Positions 9,040 to 17,914 of a DNA stretch of 64,000 nt are shown here, piece after piece. Within the stretch, counting starts at the first letter, position 1. Each line of letters begins with the position of its first letter. Made by a program: the position numbers and the translations under genes. The notes beneath the pieces were generated by a model. It had not been told where the DNA came from. It saw nothing but the letters and a program-made list of their open reading frames with translations, and did not search any database. Source of the DNA: Syntrophales bacterium (GTDB lineage Bacteria > Desulfobacterota > Syntrophia > Syntrophales > UBA2210); contig JALNXD010000015.1 in assembly GCA_023230565.1 (NCBI GenBank), positions 7,410 through 71,409 of the forward strand, read 5' to 3'.

Positions 9040-10050
9040 ATGAAAGATAATCAAGGAAGCTTTTCGAGAAGGTCTTTTCTGAAAGTGACAGGCGGTCTTG
9101 CCCTTATGGCCGGGATACACATTCCGAAACCGGTTCAGGCAAGAAGCACGGGAATGTTGGCAACACTTATCGATCTGAGCCTTTGCGACGGGTGCCCTGA
9201 CCTCGATATTCCAGCGTGCGTCAAAGCCTGCAGAGCAAAAAACATGGCCGGCATACCCGATCCGGTCGATCCCATGCCGGCACTGCTTCCGCGGGGAGTA
9301 AGAGAAGATTGGTCAAAAAAGAAAGATGTCACTGACAGGCTCACACCTTACAATTGGATTTTTTTGCAAAAGGCGGAAGTCGAAAAGGACGGCGATACGA
9401 AGACTTTATTCATACCGAGAAGATGCATGCATTGTGATAATCCTGCCTGTGCGACGATCTGCCCTTTTTCCGCCAATCATAAGCACACAACCGGTGCGGT
9501 TATCATAGATAAAGATCTATGTTTCGGAGGCGCAAAATGCAGAACCGTGTGTCCCTGGAACATTCCCCAAAGACAATCCGGCGTGGGAATCTATCTGGAC
9601 ATCCTGCCCGAACTTGCAGGCAACGGTGTCATGTTTAAATGCGACCTCTGTCAGGACAGGATTCTCAACGGCGAAACGCCTGCCTGTATAGAGGCCTGCC
9701 CCAGAGGGGCGATGAGAATCGGCAGGCGCAATGAAATGTATGAAGAAGCCGAGGCAAGAGCGAAAGAAATAAATGGTTTTGTGTATGGAAAAAACGAAAA
9801 CGGAGGGACATCGACATTCTATATATCGCCGGTGTCATTCGAAACAATCGATGCCGCCATACATGCCAACCCGGGAAAACCTCATTTGAAACCGGTGAAA
9901 AGGGCACTGGCAAAAACGGATGGAACAGGCAAATCGGTTCTTCTTTCACCCGCTATAGGACTTGTAGCGGGTATTGCCGCTGCTGCAGGCACCCTGATGA
10001 AGAAGAGAATCGTGCGTGTAGAGGAGGAAAGAAAAAATGGGCGATCATAA
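9040..10050 (+). CDS. Tat-exported 4Fe-4S ferredoxin-type electron-transfer subunit (FdnH/HybA/DmsB-like) with C-terminal membrane anchor
   Basis: Twin-arginine signal SRRSFLKVTGGLALMAG, several CxxCxxCxxxCP-type clusters (CMHCDNPACATICP, CDLCQDR...CIEACP), and a hydrophobic C-terminal helix. Confidence 0.8.
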   Translation: MKDNQGSFSRRSFLKVTGGLALMAGIHIPKPVQARSTGMLATLIDLSLCDGCPDLDIPACVKACRAKNMAGIPDPVDPMPALLPRGVREDWSKKKDVTDRLTPYNWIFLQKAEVEKDGDTKTLFIPRRCMHCDNPACATICPFSANHKHTTGAVIIDKDLCFGGAKCRTVCPWNIPQRQSGVGIYLDILPELAGNGVMFKCDLCQDRILNGETPACIEACPRGAMRIGRRNEMYEEAEARAKEINGFVYGKNENGGTSTFYISPVSFETIDAAIHANPGKPHLKPVKRALAKTDGTGKSVLLSPAIGLVAGIAAAAGTLMKKRIVRVEEERKNGRS

Positions 10051-10813
10051 CCCGCAAGAAAAAGAAACGGTAGTGCGGCATGGCATCATTGAACTGGCGG
10101 AACACTGGATAATCGCTTTCTCCGGCATTTTGCTTGTCCTCACAGGCATTTTTCAGCTTCCCGTTGCAAAGAGGTATTTTATCACGGACATCCCCGGAAT
10201 GGCCTGGTCGGGAGACTTCATCTTTACACTGGAACTTCATTATGCCGCATCAATTCTTTTCATTGCAGCGGCTGTTTTCCATATCATCTATCATGGCATC
10301 CTGGGCGACAGGGAATTGATCCCCCGAAAGGGAGATGTCAGGGAATCGATTGCTGTAATAAAAAGTTTTTTTGGCAATTCAAAGGAACCGCCCTTTCACA
10401 AATATCTGCCGGAACAGCGTCTGGCCTATGCAGGCATGGCGGTTATCATTGCAGGCCTGATCATCTCCGGACTTGTTAAAGTCTATAAAAACATCTACTC
10501 CCCCGGCCTTTCGCCAGCAGTATTATGGTGGGCAACAACGGCACATAATATTTTCTTTGTTCTTTTTGTGCTTGCCATTATCGCTCACATCGGCGCGCTG
10601 ATTCTGAAACCTAACAGGCCAATGATACGTGGCATTTTTACCGGAAGCGTAAGCCGTGAATACGCACGAAGCCGCCATCCGCTGTGGATAAGGGAAACCG
10701 AACAAACAAGTGAACCTTCCGGCTCGGAAGAAGCCCGCCCCGAAAGCAGAGATCCTGTAACTGCGAATGAAAGCAGTGTACAGGACGGCAATGAAGAGAA
10801 TGGCGAAAAATAA
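10037..10813 (+). CDS. Membrane b-type cytochrome subunit (FdnI / Ni-Fe hydrogenase cytochrome b-like)
   Basis: Four predicted TM helices with conserved His (HWIIAFSG..., HYAASILFIAAAVFHIIYH, AHIGALI). It overlaps the Fe-S gene by 14 nt and has an acidic low-complexity tail. Confidence 0.6.
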   Translation: MGDHNPQEKETVVRHGIIELAEHWIIAFSGILLVLTGIFQLPVAKRYFITDIPGMAWSGDFIFTLELHYAASILFIAAAVFHIIYHGILGDRELIPRKGDVRESIAVIKSFFGNSKEPPFHKYLPEQRLAYAGMAVIIAGLIISGLVKVYKNIYSPGLSPAVLWWATTAHNIFFVLFVLAIIAHIGALILKPNRPMIRGIFTGSVSREYARSRHPLWIRETEQTSEPSGSEEARPESRDPVTANESSVQDGNEENGEK

Positions 10814-10850
10814 TGCAGTCCAGGCAATTACATTGATGCTTGAAAAATAA

Positions 10851-10878
10851 TTGGGTCAGCCGTTAACGACTGACCCAA
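10851..10878. terminator. Hairpin between convergent genes (possible bidirectional terminator)
   Basis: TTGGGTCAG-N10-CTGACCCAA is a 9-bp perfect stem. There is no strong T-run, so factor-independence is uncertain. Confidence 0.4.
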
Positions 10879-10909
10879 TCTGATGCGCAGATTTAATTAA
10901 ATAATTAAT

Positions 10910-11722
10910 TTATTCTTCCGATGCGTCCAGACCGCCTGAGAGCAAAACCCCTCCGTCCACTACAATTTCAGCTCCGGTGGTATAGCTTGACGCCTCTGAT
11001 GCCAGATAGAAGGCTGCTCCTACTATTTCATCGGGATCACCGATTCGCTTCATGGGAGTAATGCCGGCCAATTCTTCTTTCTCTTTCTTGGCCTCTTCTT
11101 CCGAAAGGTGGAACCAGTGAGAGTCGAGCATTTTCGTACTGATCGGTCCGGGAGCAATTGTATTCACCTGGATGTTATATGGCGCCAGCTCCATGGCAAA
11201 TGCCTTTGTAATCATCCGGACTCCGGCTTTCGAAATACTGTAAACGCTCACGCCCGGTTCCGGCTTGAACCCGTCGACGGATGCGACATTAATGATTTTT
11301 CCTCCGCCCTGGTTTTTCATGATTTTCGCAGCGGCCTGGCTTAAAAAATAAAGCCCCTTGATATTCAGGTTCATGATAGTATCCCAGAGCCGCTCATCTG
11401 AATCAAGAACAGTGCCCATGGCAGGGCTTGCGCCGGCATTATTGACCAGAATATCAATCCTTCCGTATTTTTCCATCACGGTATCGACCACTTTGCTGAT
11501 TTCTTCCATTTTGCCTAAGTGGGATTGAAGGGCAAGGGCTTCCCCTCCGAATGACTTGATCTCAGCAACGTTCGCCTCAAGATCGTTTATCTTGCGGCTG
11601 GTCAGTACAACCTTTGCGCCCGCCTTGGCAAACCCCAGGGCTATTGCTCTTCCAATCCCCCTGCTGCCTCCGGTGACAATCGCCACTTTTCCCTGTAAGG
11701 AAAACTTTGAAGCATCAAACAT
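10910..11722 (-). CDS. Short-chain dehydrogenase/reductase (FabG-like SDR)
   Basis: TGGSRGIG cofactor motif, NNAG, and the YSISKAG catalytic Y-x-x-x-K. ATG 11722 has an AAGGAG RBS. The ORF-track N-extension to 11839 is not SDR-like. Confidence 0.85.
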   Translation of the reverse strand: MFDASKFSLQGKVAIVTGGSRGIGRAIALGFAKAGAKVVLTSRKINDLEANVAEIKSFGGEALALQSHLGKMEEISKVVDTVMEKYGRIDILVNNAGASPAMGTVLDSDERLWDTIMNLNIKGLYFLSQAAAKIMKNQGGGKIINVASVDGFKPEPGVSVYSISKAGVRMITKAFAMELAPYNIQVNTIAPGPISTKMLDSHWFHLSEEEAKKEKEELAGITPMKRIGDPDEIVGAAFYLASEASSYTTGAEIVVDGGVLLSGGLDASEE

Positions 11723-12114
11723 AATTTTCAATCTCCTTTCATCTTTCTTATTTCTAAAAAAATAGTGCCATTTTTGAAAAGCAGAAACCAAATCTGCCTG
11801 AATACCGGATTTTGTCAAGCACAAATAATGAATGAGCACAAAATCGTCATTTATAAAACTATATGTGCTGTGTGCTCGTTTATTTCTCTACAGCAGAACT
11901 TTTCCCTATTTTCAAATCCAGCCTGCTTCGCGTAAGACTTCCACCGATACGGTATTGTATCTAATAGCCTACCGCTCTTACAGGGGCAATGAAAAAATGG
12001 ATGCAACCCGCAATTTTAATGTAAATAATCTGCCGTTTTTAACGCTGCTTGATGACTTCTATCAGATATTGATGCGAGTTACAACTTCTGACAATAAGAT
12101 TTTATAAAAAACAG

Positions 12115-12972
12115 CTACTGCGAAAGAATGTCTTCAAGAGCTTTCGGGATATGATTGATGATATCGCGGATCTGGGTCGCCGGTGTCGGTCTTGCATATG
12201 AACCCGCAAGACGGTTGGTTTTCATTGCGATGCGTGCCGCATCTTTTACATCCATTCCCGATGATATCAGTGCGGAAAGTATACCGGTCAAGGTATCCCC
12301 AGTCCCGCCGATCGCTTCCATTGCCTCCTCGACAGGACTATCGACTTCACAGAGTATTCCTTCACCGTCGGAAAGACAATCCTTGCGACCTTTTACCAAA
12401 AGAAAACGGGCTGCATTGCTATTTTTATAGGCCCGAGTGATGAGATCTTCAATCCGGTTTTCCTCATGAAGAATAAAACCCCGGGTATAAAACGGATGAG
12501 GCGCTGCTTCATCCGCCAAAAAGGCGAGCTCTCCGATGTCCGGTGTAAACAGATCATACATTCGGGCATACCCGCTCATTTTGGCCACATACATGAACCC
12601 GGCATCGGCTATCGTAAATGGTTTTCTTTTCATATCGCGTATAACATGCTGCAAGCGCGTATGACAGTGAACAATGGGCTGAAGATAATGAAAAGTGAAG
12701 GTATTAAAATACTCTTCGGAGAATACATCTATCATATATTTATACAGGCTTCTGCTTCCGAGCCCTCGACCGGTATCACCAGCTATATATGCTACGGGGG
12801 CGGGTATTCCAATCACTTCCGACGTTTTTGCCGCCGCACCGATCAAGGCCGCCGTTCCCCTTTCCACAGGAACATATTGATCATCGACAGTCAGGCGGCC
12901 GTCTCTCATCATGGCTCCGCCTCCAACAGTCGGCATGTCCTCTTTCGGTATAGTTCCCATTATTCCGAACAT
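12115..12972 (-). CDS. YjeF_C / NAD(P)H-hydrate dehydratase-like carbohydrate-kinase-fold protein
   Basis: C-terminal GGTGDTLTGILSAL motif, TPDIGELAFL (matching the family TPHxGE motif), and a VKGRKD strand. It is the last gene of the yeeE operon and overlaps the upstream gene by 13 nt. Confidence 0.5.
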   Translation of the reverse strand: MFGIMGTIPKEDMPTVGGGAMMRDGRLTVDDQYVPVERGTAALIGAAAKTSEVIGIPAPVAYIAGDTGRGLGSRSLYKYMIDVFSEEYFNTFTFHYLQPIVHCHTRLQHVIRDMKRKPFTIADAGFMYVAKMSGYARMYDLFTPDIGELAFLADEAAPHPFYTRGFILHEENRIEDLITRAYKNSNAARFLLVKGRKDCLSDGEGILCEVDSPVEEAMEAIGGTGDTLTGILSALISSGMDVKDAARIAMKTNRLAGSYARPTPATQIRDIINHIPKALEDILSQ

Positions 12973-13517
12973 CTGCGCTGTACCTCCTCATATGCCAACT
13001 GCAGTGCATATCCGCAAAGAGTGTGTCCGATCGAACGAGGGCTGGGGGCTTCGTTGAGATTACGCCCTACCATCCGGCTTGCCAGGAAAGGAACATCGGG
13101 GCATCCTCCCCCGGAAATATTTACTATTATTCCTGTTTTTTTCTCAACAGTGAGTTTCATATTGGCCGCTCTGACCATTATATAATCACCAAAATCCTTA
13201 GTATGAAATAAATTGACAGGCTGCAGGAGGGGGCCTGTGACGGGAACAATCCCGATGGGAATTATTCTTTCATTCTCAAGAACTCTGAGGATGTTCAATT
13301 CTTCAATGAGAGGGAATTCTATAACAAGATCGCACCCGGTACGGATCTCGGGCGGAGGTCCCATGACGCGAACCTCCCATCCCCCCTTTCTCAAGATATC
13401 CTCAGCTTGAATTACATCACCGGTATGATCGAACACCATTATTCCCCGGTCGGCGCATTCATTTGCCCCGGGCAAATTCCCCTTTTGCTTCCTTCTGAAT
13501 AAATCCTCTAAAAGCAT
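12960..13517 (-). CDS. DUF3343-like putative S/Se carrier domain protein with extra C-terminal domain
   Basis: The N-half MVFDHTGDVIQAEDILRKGGWEVRVMGPPPEIRTGCDLVIEF matches the DUF3343 pattern (beta-alpha-beta ending in P-x-P-x-x-x-x-x-C-G/D). The family is known as a YedE/YedF neighbour. Confidence 0.45.
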   Translation of the reverse strand: MLLEDLFRRKQKGNLPGANECADRGIMVFDHTGDVIQAEDILRKGGWEVRVMGPPPEIRTGCDLVIEFPLIEELNILRVLENERIIPIGIVPVTGPLLQPVNLFHTKDFGDYIMVRAANMKLTVEKKTGIIVNISGGGCPDVPFLASRMVGRNLNEAPSPRSIGHTLCGYALQLAYEEVQRRCSE

Positions 13518-13520
13518 TGT

Positions 13521-13748
13521 CTACTTCTTCCTGATTTTGACTCTGAAATTTCCTTCCTCTTCAAGGATATCTATCACACTCCAACCCTGACGTGCGGCGG
13601 AACGGACGACATTTTCCTTCGATGTCTCCGTATCTGTCAATATCTCGATTTCGTCCGCTTTCTCAGTTTTTATCGCATGGAGGGTCATCAGGACCGGCTG
13701 GGGACACGAAAGCCCTCTTGCATCGATCTTTGCGCTCATACTTTTCAC
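13521..13748 (-). CDS. TusA/SirA-family sulfurtransferase
   Basis: 75 aa with the canonical LDARGLSCPQPVL (CPxP) active-site motif. Confidence 0.85.
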   Translation of the reverse strand: MKSMSAKIDARGLSCPQPVLMTLHAIKTEKADEIEILTDTETSKENVVRSAARQGWSVIDILEEEGNFRVKIRKK

Positions 13749-13751
13749 TCC

Positions 13752-14837
13752 TTATATGTGTTTTCTTCTCATCGTGAATCCGATGAAAAGGCATACGATC
13801 ATACCTGTGATTACTGCCTCGATACCGTAGATACCGATACCTTCCGGCGAACTTGCCAAACCAAAGTTATGGGCAAAACCCGCCCCGACAACCATTCCAA
13901 TCACGAAGACGGCGGCATCTCCGTCACCTTCCCCCGCAAGAAAGAGCTGGCGTCCCGGACAGCCGCCCGCAAGGGCGAAAGCCAGGCCTGCCAGCGTCAT
14001 GCCGGCAAAATTCCAGAAATGCATGGTGTGAGCTATCGGCTGTTTCTCAAAGCCGGGATGAAACTGACCGAAAATGAGGTTGGTTGCAAAGGCCGCAGCA
14101 ATGAGTGCCACAACTCCCGACAGGAGATGCGCGTGCCGAAAGAGGATGAAATCGCGGAATGCTCCCATAGTGCAAAAACGGCTCCTTTGGGCTAAAAACC
14201 CGACAGCAAGTCCGATAATCAAGGCGATAACGAGCGGCGCATGCATAGACCCCGGACCTTTTACGCTATAGAAGAGAATACCGCTTTTATTCTGGCCGGC
14301 CACCTGAGGAAACGATATGAGAAGTGCCAAAAGACCCGCCATCATGAGCGGCATCATCAAGCCCGCGGTCCGGCCGGTTGTCTGCGTGCGTCCCAGATTG
14401 TATCCTTTCTTCAGAAACAGGGTCCCGATCCAGATTCCGAATATCAGACCGGCAATACCGAGAACGGCATTCCCGTCTCCGCCTGCAAGGCGCAGTGCGG
14501 CGCGCCAGGGACAGCCCAGAAAAACAAGCGCGCCGATCATTGCAAAAACACCTAAAACAAAACGGACAACGGGAGCGGAACCGAGGCGCGGGCGGAACTC
14601 TTTGAAAAGATACGCCGCAATGAGCGATCCCAGGACAAATCCGATAATCTCAGGACGGATATATTGGACGACTGATGCACGATGGAAGCCGACCCCCCCC
14701 GCAATATCACGTTCGAAACAGGCAACGCAGATTCCCATATTTCCAGGGTTGCCTAACTTCTGCAAAAGAGGGGCAAGAACACCGATTACGGCTCCTACAC
14801 CAATAATCCCGTACCTGGTGGCAAAAATATTTTTCAT
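13752..14837 (-). CDS. YeeE/YedE-family sulfur/selenium-compound transporter
   Basis: 361-aa polytopic membrane protein with two internal halves, each carrying a conserved Cys motif (GICVACF; SRFCTMGAF). It lies directly upstream of tusA. Confidence 0.75.
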   Translation of the reverse strand: MKNIFATRYGIIGVGAVIGVLAPLLQKLGNPGNMGICVACFERDIAGGVGFHRASVVQYIRPEIIGFVLGSLIAAYLFKEFRPRLGSAPVVRFVLGVFAMIGALVFLGCPWRAALRLAGGDGNAVLGIAGLIFGIWIGTLFLKKGYNLGRTQTTGRTAGLMMPLMMAGLLALLISFPQVAGQNKSGILFYSVKGPGSMHAPLVIALIIGLAVGFLAQRSRFCTMGAFRDFILFRHAHLLSGVVALIAAAFATNLIFGQFHPGFEKQPIAHTMHFWNFAGMTLAGLAFALAGGCPGRQLFLAGEGDGDAAVFVIGMVVGAGFAHNFGLASSPEGIGIYGIEAVITGMIVCLFIGFTMRRKHI

Positions 14838-15235
14838 TCCTCATATCCTTTCTTTTCGTTCCCTGCAATTCGTACCCGCATCCCCTCACATCCGATCTGA
14901 CTGACTTAAAGTTCATTTTGTTGCCTGAGGAATCTCAATAATAACCGATTTCTTTATCGGTCCTTGTATACCTTTAAATCCACAACCCAAGCCGTTAATA
15001 GTAAGTATTTGGTTATAAGTCAAATTCATTATTTGAATATAGCAAGAAACCGTATAAACGATGACCGGTATGGGTATCGCGTGATAGCAAGTGGTGTCCG
15101 AAACTCTCTTTTCTCGGCGACATCATAGAGCGAAACGTCATGTTCCATTCAACGTGACCGGTTATGATTGCATCCAAAAGGATTGTATGAGGACTTATGG
15201 CTATAACAAATGTATTGATTCCATGTTCATAAGCC

Positions 15236-15937
15236 TTGAAACAACAGAAAGATGGGTGTCGATTGGATCATTCGGTCTTTAAGGAGCTTGCAAAGATCGT
15301 GGTGTTTATCGCGATCTCGGCAACAACATTCTTCCTCTGCGCCGGCCGCGTGAATCTGATAATGGGATGGATCTATATAGGAGCGATCTTGGTCAGCACA
15401 TGTACAGTTTCACTATTGGTGGATCCGGCGTTAATTACCGAGCGCGCAAAGATTGGCAAAGACACCAAGTCATGGGACATAGTACCTGCATTTCTCATAG
15501 GACGGATTGGCCCGGTCGCCATTCTTGTTGTAGCTGGTCTGGACGTGAGGTTTGGATGGTCGCCGCAGGTTTCGCTTGCCCTTCAGATCGTCGCATTTGG
15601 TATAGCCCTTATCGGGATACTCGTAACCGACTGGGCGGTCATTTCAAATAGCTTTTTTTCTGGGGTAGTCAGAATCCAGAAAGATAGAAGCCATACTGTA
15701 GTCGACACCGGACCATATCGCTACGTCCGCCATCCGGGTTACGTCGGATCAATTATGCATTTTCTTGCAGCACCCGTGATTCTCGGTTCCGTGTGGGGCC
15801 TCTTTCCTGCCGGGATCGTGATATGCATTACAATTATACGTACGGTGCTTGAAGACGGGACATTGAGGGAAGAACTTGATGGTTACGCGTACTACGCAGA
15901 GCGAGTTCGCTACCGCCTAATGCCGGGTATCTGGTGA
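15236..15937 (+). CDS. Isoprenylcysteine carboxyl methyltransferase (ICMT/PEMT)-family membrane methyltransferase
   Basis: Multi-TM protein with the DTGPYRYVRHPGYVGS signature of the ICMT/PEMT family. The TTG start is uncertain. Confidence 0.6.
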   Translation: MKQQKDGCRLDHSVFKELAKIVVFIAISATTFFLCAGRVNLIMGWIYIGAILVSTCTVSLLVDPALITERAKIGKDTKSWDIVPAFLIGRIGPVAILVVAGLDVRFGWSPQVSLALQIVAFGIALIGILVTDWAVISNSFFSGVVRIQKDRSHTVVDTGPYRYVRHPGYVGSIMHFLAAPVILGSVWGLFPAGIVICITIIRTVLEDGTLREELDGYAYYAERVRYRLMPGIW

Positions 15938-15957
15938 CTTGCCGCAACTTATGATGC

Positions 15958-16644
15958 TTGTGTTCGCCAAGAAAGAAACTGAGAGGCGGGACCGTGGGTC
16001 TGAAGCCGACCTACGGCCTCTTGCCGGCTGAGGGAATTTTCCCGCTTGCCTATACGATGGATCATGTGGGACCGATGGCACGGACCGTCGAAGATGTCGC
16101 CTGCCTGTTCAAGGCCTTGCCCGATAGCCGCTCGAGGGCCTTGCTCGAAGAGAAATACCGGTCCCGAAATGAGATTGCGAAGGGAAAAATCCGGCGGCTT
16201 GAAGGCGTACGGGCAGGAATACTCAAGGATCATGTCATCAAAGAGTTGTGTCATGAAGCCATATGGAAAGGCTACCAGGAGGTTTTAAAGGCCGCTGAGG
16301 ATGAAGGGGCTAAGATCGTTGAGATTGCATTTCCCGATTTTGACGCGGTCTACACCACGGCTTTGATCCTTACCCTCGCACAGGCGAGTCAAATCCATCG
16401 TACGCGCATGGCGGATCATCCCGGGGGATTCGGTGAGGACGTGCGGTTGTTATTGGAAGCAGGGTATCTCGTTTCCGCCGTCGATTATGTGCAGGCGCAG
16501 AAAGTGCGCGCCAAACTGATTGAAACGGCACTTCTGTTGACGGAGAAGACCGAATGCTGGGTTATGCCGACCACGCCCAATCCGGCGATTCCCGTCGGCG
16601 GAACCGATCTTACCATAGCGCTTAACACTGCGCATTCCAGATAG
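15958..16644 (+). pseudogene. Amidase-signature (GatA-like) enzyme fragment
   Basis: It starts inside the AS-family core at GGTVGLKPTYGLLP...MDHVGPMARTVEDVA. The N-terminal ~1/3, including the Gly/Ser-rich signature, is missing. The C-terminus ends abruptly where methyltransferase homology begins. Confidence 0.65.
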
Positions 16645-17287
16645 GGGCCGGTTCCGGAATCGCCGATTTCGGCTGCGGGCCCGGACTGTATGCGGCGGCG
16701 CTGGCGAAACAGGGCGCTCAAGTGACGGGCATCGATTTTTCGTCGAGATCCATCGCATACGCAAAAGAAGCTGCGGCCCGCGAGCGGTTGAATATCCGTT
16801 ATGTGAATAGGAATTACATGGACTTCGAAACGGAAGACCGTTTCGACCTTGTCCTGATGATTATGTGCGATTTCTGCGCCCTCGGCCCGGCGAACGGAGA
16901 GAGCTTCTGAATAAGTTCCATGGAATTTTGAAACCGGATGGTTCGGTCCTTCTCGATGTATATTCGCTTGCGACATTCGAGCAAAGGGAAGAGGCCGCGA
17001 CATATGAGGCGAACCAGCTCGACGGCTTCTGGTCACCGAATAGCTATTACGGTTTTCTCAACACTTTCAAATATGAACAAGAAAAAGTAGTATCGGACAG
17101 GTACACCATTATCGAGCCCGGGCGCACCAAGCGGATATATAACTGGCTTCAGTATTTTGCGCCCGAAGATCTCGAGAGGGAATTTGAAGAGGCACACCTT
17201 TCCGTCAAGGCAGTAGATTCCGATGTCGCGGGTACGCCCTATGACCGGCAATCCAAGGAATTTGCGGTCATTGCCGGCAAAGTCTGA
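16641..17287 (+). pseudogene. Class I SAM-dependent methyltransferase, 5'-truncated and frameshifted
   Basis: An open frame without a start codon reads GAGSGIADFGCGPGLYAAALAKQGAQVTGIDFS (motif I). The frame is lost near 16890-16905, and the sequence continues as ...RRELLNKFHGILKPDGSVLLDVYS in ORF 16865..17287. Confidence 0.65.
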
Positions 17288-17361
17288 ATCGGCAGAGCGG
17301 GAAGGAAGACCTGGAACTGAATGCCGGCAATAGGGCAAAAAACCGGAAGGAGGGGAGCAAA

Positions 17362-17829
17362 ATGGGAGAGGTTGTTCATACGTCACGGATCAAAATATTC
17401 AAGGAACAGGGGCCGACCCGCAGGGCCATCATCGAAGGGTTTTCGGAACCGGTCTATTACGGCGTCCACGGCGGTATCAAGAAATTTTATAAAGTGGAGC
17501 CGGAAAAGGAGCACGCGGCGACCCTCGATCATATCGTCGCCGCGGTGGGCGGGTGAATGATGGGGACACTGGCCACGGTGCTGGCCGGAAAAAAGATTCC
17601 CACGCCGCAGCCCGATTACTGGGCCGATGTGGAAGGGGACATAGAAAACGTGGAGGGAATCCTCAAGATCGCCGCCATTCGTGTTCGCTACCACCTGAGA
17701 ATCACCGAAGACAAGGTTCGAGATGCGAAAGAATGCTTCCTGAACTACATCCAGTTTTGCCCCGCCGCCCAGACGGTGATCGGCTGCATCAAGATCGAAG
17801 ACGACCTGTGCTTTGAAGAAAAAAATTGA
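17362..17829 (+). CDS. OsmC/Ohr-family peroxiredoxin-like selenoprotein (in-frame UGA 17554..17556 read as Sec)
   Basis: ORFs 17362..17556 and 17557..17829 are in the same frame, separated only by TGA. The joined sequence reads ...LDHIVAAVGG-U-MMGTLATVLAGKK...VEGD...IRVRYHL...YIQFCPAAQTV. This matches the OsmC pattern LLxALxxC....tl and the second Cys in CP. A GGAGG RBS precedes ATG 17362. Confidence 0.7.
17569..17588 (+). promoter_or_regulatory. SECIS-like hairpin 12 nt after the UGA
   Basis: CUGGCCA-CGGUGC-UGGCCGG forms a 7-bp stem (one G-U pair) with a 6-nt loop containing GGU. Spacing and loop content resemble the bacterial SECIS upper stem-loop. Confidence 0.55.
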
Positions 17830-17914
17830 TGGAATTACTTGGAGGAGAGTATGCCTCTTGTGATAACCACGTGAACAGCACAGAAAGAGACTTCCCGGGA
17901 GAAAGGAGTCATCG

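Noticed and set aside
12466-14904. Several 60-240-aa plus-strand ORFs (12466..13185, 13677..14195, 14317..14904 and others) across the yeeE operon
   Set aside because: They are antisense to four well-supported minus-strand genes. Their products are Arg/Pro-rich, typical of the reverse frame of membrane-protein genes.
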